Source of the DNA: Tagaea sp.
GTDB lineage: Bacteria > Pseudomonadota > Alphaproteobacteria > CACIAM-22H2
Length of the DNA stretch: 64,000 nt
Direction: 5' to 3'
Assembly: GCA_965279525.1 (NCBI GenBank)
Contig: CBDIIB010000002.1
Location: 320,001-384,000 of the forward strand
The translations under genes were made by a program, and so were the position numbers. The notes under the pieces were generated by a model. That model saw only the letters and a list, made by a program, of their open reading frames with translations, made no database searches and was not told the DNA's origin. Each line of letters starts with the position of its first letter. The first letter of the stretch is position 1. Below are positions 47,875 through 57,672 of the stretch, one piece after another.

Positions 47875-49238
47875 CGCTCATTCCTTATCTTTACGACTTT
47901 CGCGGAGCCGCCGTGCGCGGGCTGCTTAGTGCGCGCATCGTTGATCGATGCGACATTGCCAGTCTGAATGTCTTCCAAGCCCATCGAGCCGAAAGCCGCG
48001 CGGACGGTATCGGCAACATAGCCAGGCGATAGGTGCGCGTAGTGGCGCGCCGTAATCCGGAGGTCTGCGTGCCCAAGCTGGGCGGCAATCACCGCCATGG
48101 GGACGCCGGCCCGTACCAGGCGCGAAGCATAGCTGTGCCTGAGCACATGGAAGCTGACGGAGGGTGATATTTTCGCGACTTTGCTGGCTGCGCGTAGAGG
48201 ACGGGCTTGATCGGTTGGGTTCCAGCGTTGGCCGTTGGTACGAAGGAAAACTAGTGCGGTGGGTGCCTTGCCTGTGACAACACGAGTCAGAAAGGCTCTG
48301 CCTTCGTCGGTCAGGACGATATGGCGAGGCTTGCCACTTTTTGAAACTGGAACATTGAGCGATCCGGTTTCCTGATCGAAATCCCCGGCGCGCATACGGA
48401 CGAGTTCGCCAAACCGGCAACCTGTGAGCAGCGCGGCAGTTATCATCCGGCGCATGTCGGGCGCCGCTGCATTGGCCAAGAGTTGGGCCTCAGCATCGGA
48501 CAGATAGCGCACTCGAGGCTCATCAACGTTCTTGAATGGCTTAATGCCTATCCATGCGGCGTTGGTCGATACCCGTCGCTGTTGCAGGGCTAGATTGAGG
48601 GCGGCACGAAGGAACGTGAAAATCCGGTTGGCCGTGGCGCGACGCTTTCGAAGCTGCTCAGCATTGCCCTTCGCGAGCTTTTCGAACCGTGGGGCGGCGC
48701 CGGGCTTAGTCCGAAAGCGCCGGCCAGTCTCGGCGAGGCCGTCTCGGAACTGCTTCACATGAGCGTGGGTCAGCTTCGAGAGCAGGATTTGGCCAACCAC
48801 CGGGCGGATCAATGTCTCTATTGCCCGCCGCGCTGCCCGTTCGGCCTTTCCGCCTTCGGTCACGTAGTGGGACAGGTAAGCATCGAGCGCGTCGTTGACG
48901 CTGTAGGGGAGGCTAGCATCGACCCCGCCTATCGCTGCAATGCTGGCCTCCCGAGCCCATTTGCGGGCCGCTCCTTGCGCTTGAGTAAAGCTCAGCACCC
49001 TAACCCCGTCCGCGTCCCCAGCATCGTCTGCGAGGCCGAGCTTGCTTTCGATGTATTTTGAGCCAGGCCCGACGTCGTCCTTGCGCCGTCGCGCCACCCA
49101 CACACCGGAAGGTCGATGCCGGCGATAGCCTAGGTGAAGCCCTTGCTCAAGCAGCCGCCAATAGGGCTCGGGACGTGCCTTGAGCCTGTCTCGTGCGGTT
49201 CGAGTATCGAGCGTCGTGTCTTTGACTTTTCGAGGCAC
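47871..49238 (-). CDS. Tyrosine integrase
   Basis: TGCRFGE, SKSGK, FHVLRHSYAS, QLGH and RHYAH motifs. Confidence 0.95.
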   Translation of the reverse strand: MPRKVKDTTLDTRTARDRLKARPEPYWRLLEQGLHLGYRRHRPSGVWVARRRKDDVGPGSKYIESKLGLADDAGDADGVRVLSFTQAQGAARKWAREASIAAIGGVDASLPYSVNDALDAYLSHYVTEGGKAERAARRAIETLIRPVVGQILLSKLTHAHVKQFRDGLAETGRRFRTKPGAAPRFEKLAKGNAEQLRKRRATANRIFTFLRAALNLALQQRRVSTNAAWIGIKPFKNVDEPRVRYLSDAEAQLLANAAAPDMRRMITAALLTGCRFGELVRMRAGDFDQETGSLNVPVSKSGKPRHIVLTDEGRAFLTRVVTGKAPTALVFLRTNGQRWNPTDQARPLRAASKVAKISPSVSFHVLRHSYASRLVRAGVPMAVIAAQLGHADLRITARHYAHLSPGYVADTVRAAFGSMGLEDIQTGNVASINDARTKQPAHGGSAKVVKIRNER

Positions 49239-49380
49239 CGAGCCCTCAAAATGACTTGGCTACAATATGGCTACTATACGGGTTGGAACGATGCTGAACA
49301 AGGTTGAACAGGAAGTAACGATATATGCTGAATTATTTGAGTTTCTCTGAGTTCCGGGTTGTCCAGAAATCTATTGTTCC

Positions 49381-49431
49381 CACCCTCTCACGGTGCAGAC
49401 CGGGGTTCGAATCCCCGTGGGGACGCCAGCG
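49381..49431 (+). repeat. att repeat: tRNA-Glu 3' half from the anticodon stem
   Basis: Identical to 18493-18543. Confidence 0.95.
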
Positions 49432-49517
49432 AATTATTATTATTATATTTCAATTATTTATAAGAAAAATTCGCAGCAGTTCCACCAATGATTTCCACCC
49501 ATGTCATTCGCGAGACT

Positions 49518-51113
49518 TCATAAATGTGCGCCCGTCGCGGAGCTGAGGCGATAGCTTGAGCCTTTGCCGTCGGCAGCGTCGATTTGTTCGAGGATGCCGG
49601 CATCAATCAGGCGGTTCTTGTAGCGCGCACGTGATGTTCGATTTCTTGCCACCTTGTCCAAGCAGGAATTGAGAGTTGCACTATCCAGCCCCTTAGTTCC
49701 TCCGGCCTTCACAAGCGCGACGACAATCGGCTCAAGCTCAGGTGGGATACTTGCCGTCCCATCTCTGAGAATTGCCGCTGTTTGTCGAGTGTCGGCGACT
49801 TTCACAACCTCAACGTCGAATCTAATCGGTGAAGGCCGGGATATTCCCTTTACTCTGAGCGGAGTAAACTGGCCGGAGTATGGACGCTTTAAATCGGCCA
49901 TGCTGCCAGAACGGTGGACACGATATAGCCCTTGGGTGTTTGCCCCGATGGCGCGATGCCCAGCAAAATCCTGCCCAGTCTTTGTCTGATGATGAATAAC
50001 GACGACATGCGTTGCGACGGGCCAAGTTGGCGCATCTTGATCGCTGGAAAGAAGATCGTCTCTAGTTTTTAGTAAGTCTAAGCATCGCTGGATAAACTCT
50101 ACCGACCCGGCGCCCTTTTCATCTTCACCGCCCAGCGCCATTGACAGTGTATCGATGACCACGACGCATTTAGCGTTTTCGTCAACTAGAGATCGATAGA
50201 TGGGCATGGCAAACTCTTCGCCTTCCCGATCTTGAAGTGTCTTGGTCGGGAGCTCTCCCAACTCCTCGCGGGCGTCAAGAACGCGATTCCAGCGCTCTCG
50301 TATGCCTTCAATTTGGTATCTCCATTCTATTGGGTCCGATGGAATCCGATCTAGAACTGTAAGCGGTATCCCGTCGTCACCCCACGGGGAGTTCATGCGC
50401 TTTAGCTTCTGTTCAAGGGCGCGAAGACGTACAGGGATTTCTTCGACCCCTTCCAGAGCGTACCAAACAACGGGGAACGGCTTGACCGATCTGCCTTGCC
50501 AAGATGTTCCTGTGGCCACGTGCGCCATTAAGTCCAAAACGAGAGTCGTTTTAAATTCATCAAAATCCCCAAACACAATTGAAACCCCTCGCTCGCGCAT
50601 GAGTCCTTCCACAAGCATGGGGGTGTCGTCGGTTATTCGCGCGGAGCTTGCATAGAGGTCGGCAGTGGGTTTTCGCTCGTCAGCTAAAAGGCGTATTGCA
50701 TTTTCTCGCGAAACTTCTTCCATAACTTTATAGCGATAACTTTTGATGATATCCGAAACTTGCTCGGCAGTCGGCCAAGCTCTGGCCTTTGGAGTATGAA
50801 TATCTCCGTTGGCGATGATTTCCGCCCCCAGTGATTGCTTGCAACATTTCCTTTCAAAGTCCGCTGGGAGTCGTGACTCCGGTACCAAGAAATATGTCGT
50901 TTCTTGATAGCATATGCTTGGCAAGCAATCGGGAACTTGAGCCGATGGACAAGCTCTGCATTCTACGAAAATCAAAGGATCGCCACATTCCGTGACGCAG
51001 CGGAGAATTGAGCCCCGCACAAGTTCGAGATTTTGATACCGGCAAATCAGACGGTCTATTTCTGGCCGGGAGATTTGCGGAACTTCCAAAGCGTCATCAT
51101 GTCTTCTGCGCAT
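49518..51113 (-). CDS. AAA_25 / RepA-like replicative helicase
   Basis: LVEGLM...IVFGDFDEFKTT, YALEG, VVIDTLS and VIHH motifs. Confidence 0.78.
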   Translation of the reverse strand: MRRRHDDALEVPQISRPEIDRLICRYQNLELVRGSILRCVTECGDPLIFVECRACPSAQVPDCLPSICYQETTYFLVPESRLPADFERKCCKQSLGAEIIANGDIHTPKARAWPTAEQVSDIIKSYRYKVMEEVSRENAIRLLADERKPTADLYASSARITDDTPMLVEGLMRERGVSIVFGDFDEFKTTLVLDLMAHVATGTSWQGRSVKPFPVVWYALEGVEEIPVRLRALEQKLKRMNSPWGDDGIPLTVLDRIPSDPIEWRYQIEGIRERWNRVLDAREELGELPTKTLQDREGEEFAMPIYRSLVDENAKCVVVIDTLSMALGGEDEKGAGSVEFIQRCLDLLKTRDDLLSSDQDAPTWPVATHVVVIHHQTKTGQDFAGHRAIGANTQGLYRVHRSGSMADLKRPYSGQFTPLRVKGISRPSPIRFDVEVVKVADTRQTAAILRDGTASIPPELEPIVVALVKAGGTKGLDSATLNSCLDKVARNRTSRARYKNRLIDAGILEQIDAADGKGSSYRLSSATGAHL

Positions 51114-51595
51114 AGTTCGTACCTGTCCTCCTTTTGCTAGTCAGTGCTGAGCCTTTGCTCCGCACGCACCTCCATTTCAATGCTCTAGATTGTATCAGAA
51201 ATATGCAGAAATTGCATCTGCAATTGATCGCCTGAACTCACGAGAAGCGCAGCGCTCTTAGTGAGCTACTACAAGAATGCTCGAAGCGTCTCAATATCTG
51301 GAACTGGATTATGCACGGGCCAGGAAAGGTAGAATGATTGGTATCTCGTGATACCAAGAGCCTAAGCCAAGAGAATTTTCGCTTAGGTTAGTCACGGCTC
51401 TAAAATATGGCGTGACATCTGAATTACTTTTCGTCGTCACATTTTCCTCCCCTAAAGGGGAGGAAAATAACGAGCGAGAAAAGCGCACTTGCCTTCATGG
51501 CTGCAATATAAGCTTAGAAAATATGGGTCAATTGCGGATTTGTCCCTTCCTTGCGCGCAACAGTTGGCCATGTAACGCTGCTTTGAGAAGTGGCT

Positions 51596-52273
51596 TTATA
51601 TCCGCGCAAGAGCTCTTTGCACCCCAGCCGCCGTCCATTGGCCTCCTCGACTTGCTTTCAAGTCTTGCTCATTGAGCCGACGGGCGATGGCTCTTAGAGA
51701 AAGTCCCTCGCGAGATAGAGCGCGAAGGTCGTCGGCTACATCGCTAAGGCGCTGAGCCGCTTTCTCTTGTGCCGCCGCAACACCGATTTTCTGGTATTCC
51801 GATATTTTTGCAGCGCCAATGCGGTGCCCGCCAAGCACTGTTCCTCTTGCTCTCGCGGCGGCAAGTGCGGCCTTAGTGCGAGATGAAATGGCTTCACGCT
51901 CGTACTGAGCGACAACTGCCATTACCCCGACGGTCATTGTATTCGCCTCGGGAAGGTCGGCCGCGACAAACGCAATGCCGCTATCTCGGAGGGTCATTAG
52001 GAAGGCCGCATTTCGGGAGAGGCGATCCAATTTCGCGACAATTAAGGTCGCCCCGGTGGCACGGCATCGCCGCATTGCCCGTTCTAGCTCCGGACGGTCA
52101 TTTCTCTTTCCTGTTTCGATTTCAACAAACTCTGGCGCCACGATCCTTCCGCTTCTGTCGGCAACGAAGCGCCGCACGGTCTCACGTTGAGCCTCGATGC
52201 CAAGCCCCGAGCGGCCTTGCTTGGCAGTCGAAACACGAAGGTAGGCGACAAAAGTGTTGGAGATTTTGACCAT
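51596..52273 (-). CDS. Serine recombinase
   Basis: AYLRVST, GLGIEAQ, RPEL, AKLDRLSRN and GGQW motifs. Confidence 0.92.
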   Translation of the reverse strand: MVKISNTFVAYLRVSTAKQGRSGLGIEAQRETVRRFVADRSGRIVAPEFVEIETGKRNDRPELERAMRRCRATGATLIVAKLDRLSRNAAFLMTLRDSGIAFVAADLPEANTMTVGVMAVVAQYEREAISSRTKAALAAARARGTVLGGHRIGAAKISEYQKIGVAAAQEKAAQRLSDVADDLRALSREGLSLRAIARRLNEQDLKASRGGQWTAAGVQRALARI

Positions 52274-52717
52274 TGTATCAATCCTCTCAACGAGCGATGT
52301 GAGGAATGATACGGAAGGTACGCTACTCGCGCAATTGCCTTTCTGCCAATTTCTACGTGCTCTGAAACGGCAAAGCGACGTTACGACTTCTCCGGCCAAT
52401 CTTACTGCCCGGTCGTCATTTGTCGCATAGGCGCACCAAGACGCCTGCTGGGTAAACCGGCTCGATGGCATATGGGACGTGCAATATGTCGGATGTATCG
52501 CCGATACAGTCAGCTTCAATTTTCCGTAGAGGCCATGCTCATAGGCGATAGAACGTCTAGCGCTAACTGTGAGCGCTAATAATTCTGTGGCCCTACCCAC
52601 TTTGGGGGACGCCCCCCGTCCCGCTCGGCTGGAAGCCTCTAGATCGCCGAAGCGATTTTATGTAATTTTTGGTGTTTAAAAAAAAGTTCTCGCAATTTTC
52701 AATTTCGGAAATGAAAA

Positions 52718-53548
52718 ATGCAAATCGGTGACGACAAGCAAGAATTAGATAGTAGGGCACCACTTGCATGTTCCCCAGCGCCTGATGACAGGGGGCTAAA
52801 AAAATTTCGAACAGCCATCGTCACGATAATTTCGAAAAAAATTCGGAAGAGCGTTGAAGATCGGGCATTCCGGGAATGGAAAACCAGATGGACTGCAAAG
52901 GAACTCGCAGAGCAAGAGAAAGACTGGGAGGCGCAAGAAATCGCCCGCGAAGAACGGGCCGAAACTGAACGCCAAGTGGAGCAGGATAAAGCAGAGCAAG
53001 TTCAATTGCTGTTTTTGAAAGCTTATAGTGCCGAAAACAATGCAACGCCGATTGAAAGTACCGCCGCAAGGCATGCGAGCGAGGTAGCGGGGAATGCAGA
53101 TAGTGAGCGTGAGTTTGAAAGTCTCTGGCTAAGTGCCTTCGATGCGGAGTTTTCTAGAGCGACTGATTCCGAGAGCCGCGCTTACGCAGAAGCGCGTTCA
53201 AATTGGGTCAAGCGACTATTGATTGAGCCTGGTGAATCGCTGCTAGGAATGATGATAATTTTTCTAGTTGGCGCCTATGTGATCGGACTTAGCAATGGCA
53301 TCTATCGTGCCATGCAGGCCGAAGCAAGCTATGGCGATCTTGCCAACGGCGTTGTTGCGGCATACGGCACACTTGGAAGCATATTCATCTATGCACGCCG
53401 TATCGACGCAAATCAGAAAAAGAAAGAAGAAGAGTACAAAGAATTAGTCGATATCAGAGAAAAGTATAAGAGTGAGAAGCGGGATGGTTTGTTGATAGGT
53501 GCAAAAATGAAGTGGAGAGGGAGAAAAGCAAATGCACACCTTCGTTGA
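52718..53548 (+). CDS. Membrane protein with coiled coils
   Basis: 276-aa ORF with two TM segments. Confidence 0.65.
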   Translation: MQIGDDKQELDSRAPLACSPAPDDRGLKKFRTAIVTIISKKIRKSVEDRAFREWKTRWTAKELAEQEKDWEAQEIAREERAETERQVEQDKAEQVQLLFLKAYSAENNATPIESTAARHASEVAGNADSEREFESLWLSAFDAEFSRATDSESRAYAEARSNWVKRLLIEPGESLLGMMIIFLVGAYVIGLSNGIYRAMQAEASYGDLANGVVAAYGTLGSIFIYARRIDANQKKKEEEYKELVDIREKYKSEKRDGLLIGAKMKWRGRKANAHLR

Positions 53549-53750
53549 GCTGATCGCGATGCTCCTATTTCTCCCGGTAGGCATGTTCATTTGTGTTGCA
53601 GTTACGATGGAAGTTATAATGCGCGATCCAAAGCGATATGAGTCAGGCTCTGGCGCATTGCTAGGATACTCGACGATAATTGGATCAGCATTTGCTTTGA
53701 ATATTGCTTTTACAGGCGGGTCTGCACTCTTGCGTGCTATTTTTGAGTGA
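53532..53750 (+). CDS. Small two-TM protein
   Basis: Hydrophobic 72-aa ORF overlapping the upstream gene; RBS present. Confidence 0.5.
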   Translation: MHTFVELIAMLLFLPVGMFICVAVTMEVIMRDPKRYESGSGALLGYSTIIGSAFALNIAFTGGSALLRAIFE

Positions 53751-54972
53751 TGGCCGGATATGTAAGCTTTTCGATTGCGTGCTTCCGCATTTCTAACGTC
53801 GATTTTCCGCTGTATGTGCTTCCCGTCAATGTGGATCGTTCATGCCCAACTATATCTTGGACAGTGCTTTCTGGGACGCCGGCGCGCTCTAGAAGCGTAA
53901 TAACAGTTCCACGAAAACTATGGAATGTATGGCGCGGTCCAAAATTTAGGGATCGCTTAAGTCGCGTGAATCGCTTTCCAAGGATGTCGCCACGATCACC
54001 ATTCTTATTCGGAACCAAACCGGAGATTAGAAATCCGTCCTTGGATTTCTTGGTTAGGCGCTTAATGGTTGTACTCAACTCACTATGAATGGGTACGATT
54101 CGAATTCCAGCTTCTGTTTTTGCATCAATGATTTCAAACCGGTCACGAAGAATATTCTCGACCTTTAGGCTGCAAAGCTCTTCACGGCGTGCGCCGCTAT
54201 ACATGGCCAGTCGCACTAGGTCGCAAAGCTGCGGGTCTGGCGCTGCGGTGGATAGCAACAGCGCAACCTCTTTGGGGCTATAGGGAAGCCAAGAAGCCGA
54301 TTTGACCTTAAGGCCTAGGCGATCAAACGGAGCGCTGTCTTCCGGCGCGGCTTCAATGGCTTCCAAGTATGCCCAATACGTTCGGCAATCGCTCATTAGG
54401 CGTTTTACGGTCGCAGGCGCGATCGATTGCAGCAGCTCAGGAACCCAGCGCCGAACCTCTTTGCGTGTGATGTCTTGTATGTTCGGAAATTTGACAGTCA
54501 GCCTTGCTATGGTAGCGCGACGCATGGCCGCTGTTTTGCCTTTGACCTGGAGGGAGCCAATCCACTCATCGAGATATTCGTCGGTTGCAGAAATTGCGCC
54601 GGTCGCTGCCGCGAAGAACTGAATTGCTTCAGGATTAGTCGATGGCCTATCGCCAATTTGATCAACGTTGGAAGCGCCGATGTCCCATGCCACAGCGTCA
54701 ATCTGCTCTAGGACCCGCGCTCGGTCTTCCGGCGTCTTTGTTCGCCGAAGTGCATCGCGCCAGAATTTTGAGTCGTTGTGATTTGGCTCTTCCCGGAGCC
54801 GTGCAATTTCCGCTTTCCATTGGGCAACTAGAGGCGCCGCCCTGCGGAGTGCCACAGCTCTGCTATCAGTCTGAAGGGTCTGCCGGAAGACTCGGCGGCG
54901 CGCCCGTTTGCGAACGTCGGCCGGTACGTCTAGATATGCGAAATAAGTTCGATGCCTAAGCTCTATCGGCAT
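53737..54972 (-). CDS. Tyrosine integrase (DUF6538-type), homolog of 27086-28399
   Basis: YSGARREE, AKT, FHSFR, IVGH and TY motifs. Confidence 0.93.
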   Translation of the reverse strand: MPIELRHRTYFAYLDVPADVRKRARRRVFRQTLQTDSRAVALRRAAPLVAQWKAEIARLREEPNHNDSKFWRDALRRTKTPEDRARVLEQIDAVAWDIGASNVDQIGDRPSTNPEAIQFFAAATGAISATDEYLDEWIGSLQVKGKTAAMRRATIARLTVKFPNIQDITRKEVRRWVPELLQSIAPATVKRLMSDCRTYWAYLEAIEAAPEDSAPFDRLGLKVKSASWLPYSPKEVALLLSTAAPDPQLCDLVRLAMYSGARREELCSLKVENILRDRFEIIDAKTEAGIRIVPIHSELSTTIKRLTKKSKDGFLISGLVPNKNGDRGDILGKRFTRLKRSLNFGPRHTFHSFRGTVITLLERAGVPESTVQDIVGHERSTLTGSTYSGKSTLEMRKHAIEKLTYPAITQK

Positions 54973-55071
54973 GGAAAAACCTCTTTTTCCACCAATAACT
55001 ACCACCAATATAACCGTCTAGAAACCCAGTAATATAGATGATACAACGGTTTTCAATTCGTTTTAGTCCCC

Positions 55072-55092
55072 TCCCCGTGGGGACGCCAGCGC
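55072..55092 (+). repeat. att repeat (tRNA-Glu 3' end)
   Basis: Identical to 18524-18544. Confidence 0.92.
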
Positions 55093-55320
55093 TTCCAGGC
55101 AGAATCGGGAATCTAATTCGAGCCCTCCTTGGGAGCCGTGGTCGGCGCCGCCGCCGATGCTGTTCCATATGTGAGCCGTGTGAACCAATTGCCAGCGAGC
55201 AGTACCCCAATCGCTGTTTCGGCGCTTGACTGGGTTCGCATGAGGTGAATAGTCTGCATAAATCTGCAACCTAAAAGATATGCGGCATTGCACCCTTAGC
55301 AAAAAGAGGGGAACATCGGT

Positions 55321-55866
55321 ATGTCCGGGAAGTCGTCGCTCGTTCTGGCCTTGTCCGCCTTCTTGGTTCTCTCCGCCTGTTCGGCCGCCTACAATAGGCA
55401 GGATACCGGCGGAGCCGAATTTAGCGGCGTCACGCTCGACAAGGCGAAAGCCGTTCTTATCGCCATCCCAGCTGATGGCGCCTATGGCGGAAAGCCGTAT
55501 CTCGGTTCCGGGCAGATGGTTGCCCAGCAGGTGGCGGCGGCGTTCGCTAGATACGCCCAGAAAGTGGACATGGCGCCATCCAACGCCGCCGACAGAACGG
55601 CGTTAGTGGACGCCGCGAAGAAGGGGGGATTTGGCTATATCGTGATGCCCGTGATTGCCCACTGGGAGCACCGTGCAACGGCGTGGTCCGGTATACCTAG
55701 CCGTGCATCCGTCGGCGTTTCCGTGCTCGACGGCCAGACAGGAGACAAGCTTCAGTCAAGCAGCCTTGAGGGGCGGAGCCGCATCGTCAGCTGGACTTCA
55801 ACCAGCCCTGAGTCACTGTTGCCAGACATGATCACCGGATACGTCAACGCCCTGTACGGTCGTTGA
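55321..55866 (+). CDS. DUF4823-like lipoprotein
   Basis: Lipobox LSAC; DGAYGGKPYLGSG and HWEHRATAWSG motifs. Confidence 0.75.
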   Translation: MSGKSSLVLALSAFLVLSACSAAYNRQDTGGAEFSGVTLDKAKAVLIAIPADGAYGGKPYLGSGQMVAQQVAAAFARYAQKVDMAPSNAADRTALVDAAKKGGFGYIVMPVIAHWEHRATAWSGIPSRASVGVSVLDGQTGDKLQSSSLEGRSRIVSWTSTSPESLLPDMITGYVNALYGR

Positions 55867-56127
55867 GGCCCGGCAGATATCTTTCGCCAATCCGGATGCG
55901 CCCCAGCCTTGGTTCTTTGCCAATTCGTGCGCCGCGCTGACGCTCATCTTCTCGCTGACGAAGACTGGATATGAGAACGATAGCCTTGTTCATGACGGCG
56001 ACTTTTTAGGAAGTGAAAGTCGATCGTGCCGTACGAATCTTCAAGCTATAGCCTAGGTCAAGTTAACCAAAGCTCCCAATAGTTCTCACCAATTTCATCG
56101 TCGGCACGCCAGCTTTCGAGGCCTGCG

Positions 56128-57243
56128 CTATTTATCCGTCGGCGCCGGCGCGTCGCGCGCCATGAGTTCGTCGAGCGCCGTGCGGAGCGTCGAGATCCGG
56201 CGCACGCTGGCCGACCAGTCGGCAAACCGGGCATAGTTGTTGACGAACCAGCTCAGCGTATCCTGGACCGTGATGAAGGCCGCGGTCGCCTGCATCAGGC
56301 CGCCCAGCGTGATGACGTACGCGAAGTAGTCCGGTGCGGCGATCAGGACCGGAATGCCGGTCGCGAGGATCGCGTAGCCGGACGTCATGAAGCTGAGGCT
56401 CCGGGTGCGCAGCATGAGCTGGCGCCACGTGACGATTACGCTCGCGAAGCTGTCGCCCAGTCTGCGCCGGTCGTCGTCGGTGCAGTCGGGCAGCGCTTCA
56501 TCGGGGCCGGTTTCGCTGATCTTCTGGAGATCAAGCCGGAAGCAGGCTTCGTTGCTGAGCTTCTCCTGGTTGAGAGTCACGAGCGGCCGGCCGAGCAGAT
56601 AGGTCAGCGCCGTTCCGACCGCGGCATAGGCGAAGGCCGCCCACACGAGGTAGCCGGGGACCGAGATGTCGACATAGGGCGGGTAGGCGATCTTCAGCGC
56701 GCCGGAGAGCGTCCAGAGGACACCGACGAAGCTGATGAGCTGCAGGGTCGCGCGGAAAATGCCTTCCGCGAAATCGACCGCACCCTCGGCGGCGATGCGC
56801 ACGTCCTCCGATATCCGCTGGTCGGGATTGTTGTGCGTCAGCCCCATCCGTGCCAGCTCGGCATTGCGCCCCTGTGCGAGCCAGTCAGAAACGAGTCGGT
56901 TCGTTATCCAGGCGCGCCACTCGACCTGGATGCGCATCTTTGTGAACATGTTGTAGCCCGAAAGGGCGAGGAACGACGTCGCCAGAGCGGCAAACACGCC
57001 GACCTGATGCAGCACGCCGACTGTGTCGCGCTGTTCGATCGCGTTGAAGACCGCCCCGCTCCAGACGTTCAGGAGCAGTTGGACGACGACCTGTGCAACC
57101 GCAAGCACGGCGAGCAGCAACGCAAGACCGCGCATCCGCCAGCGCCGTTCGCCCGAGAAGACCGCGCCGCCGATCTGCCAGTATCTGTGGACGGGAGAGC
57201 CGAAATGGGGAGGCGCTTCTGGCTCGTTTACGCAAGCCGTCAT
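56128..57243 (-). CDS. SbmA/BacA/YddA-like ABC transmembrane-domain protein (no fused ATPase)
   Basis: NPDQRISED, EACFR and ITLGGLMQ motifs; multiple TMs. Confidence 0.82.
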   Translation of the reverse strand: MTACVNEPEAPPHFGSPVHRYWQIGGAVFSGERRWRMRGLALLLAVLAVAQVVVQLLLNVWSGAVFNAIEQRDTVGVLHQVGVFAALATSFLALSGYNMFTKMRIQVEWRAWITNRLVSDWLAQGRNAELARMGLTHNNPDQRISEDVRIAAEGAVDFAEGIFRATLQLISFVGVLWTLSGALKIAYPPYVDISVPGYLVWAAFAYAAVGTALTYLLGRPLVTLNQEKLSNEACFRLDLQKISETGPDEALPDCTDDDRRRLGDSFASVIVTWRQLMLRTRSLSFMTSGYAILATGIPVLIAAPDYFAYVITLGGLMQATAAFITVQDTLSWFVNNYARFADWSASVRRISTLRTALDELMARDAPAPTDK

Positions 57244-57425
57244 GGAGCCCTGGTGCTGCGGACGGCGTGCGGCAGATAGCGCACGATCCGGCCGAGGAGA
57301 CCGCGTCGCTCGCTGCTGTCGGCCGCGGGAAGCGAGCGGCTCCAGGCGAGAAGCCGCGTCGCGTCTTCGCGTGCGGCCTCGACTTCGGTCAATGTCGGCC
57401 AGATCGCTTCGTCGGGTCTTCCCAT
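57240..57425 (-). CDS. Small hypothetical protein
   Basis: Start/stop overlaps with both neighbouring genes. Confidence 0.45.
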   Translation of the reverse strand: MGRPDEAIWPTLTEVEAAREDATRLLAWSRSLPAADSSERRGLLGRIVRYLPHAVRSTRAP

Positions 57426-57637
57426 CAGAAGATGCGGCGACCGAACAGCGTCATCAGCGCGCCGCCGACAATCGAAACGGTACCGCCGACCATGTACCAG
57501 ACGATCCGGTCGGTGTGGCGACCGGTCAGCGCCATCGTCACTTCATCGAGCGGGGCATTCGACTCGCCATAGGCAAGCCAGAGGAGGACGGCGCCGAGTG
57601 CGAAGAGTGCGCCACCGGCGATCTGGGTCGGGTTCAT
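57425..57637 (-). CDS. DUF3185-like small membrane protein
   Basis: LLWLAYGESNAP...LTGRHTDRIVWY. Confidence 0.7.
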   Translation of the reverse strand: MNPTQIAGGALFALGAVLLWLAYGESNAPLDEVTMALTGRHTDRIVWYMVGGTVSIVGGALMTLFGRRIF

Positions 57638-57672
57638 TCTAGTTTCCTTTTCCGATTTTCGGATTCGAAGTT

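Larger units (their letters stand above)
28509..49431. mobile_element. Integrative element 2 (~21 kb): defence island with satellite-like replication module
   Basis: Ends in a 51-bp copy of the tRNA 3' half at 49381-49431; integrase 47871-49238; paired TGGCTAC-type sites at both ends. Confidence 0.88.
49432..55092. mobile_element. Integrative element 3 (~5.7 kb)
   Basis: 21-bp tRNA 3' repeat at 55072-55092; integrase 53737-54972; paired CCACC(A/C)AT sites at both ends. Confidence 0.87.

Noticed and set aside
49286-49309. LexA box upstream of integrase 2
   Set aside because: GAAC repeats are spaced N6, not the alphaproteobacterial GAAC-N7-GAAC; more likely att-associated sites
49381-49431. 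Second tRNA-Glu gene
   Set aside because: Lacks the 5' acceptor strand and D-arm; it is an att repeat
52603-52613. TGGGGGACGCC as an additional att site
   Set aside because: Short, part of a local palindrome, no adjacent tyrosine integrase or arm sites
18541-55092. Complete prophage or conjugative element
   Set aside because: No capsid, terminase, tail, relaxase or T4SS genes recognisable
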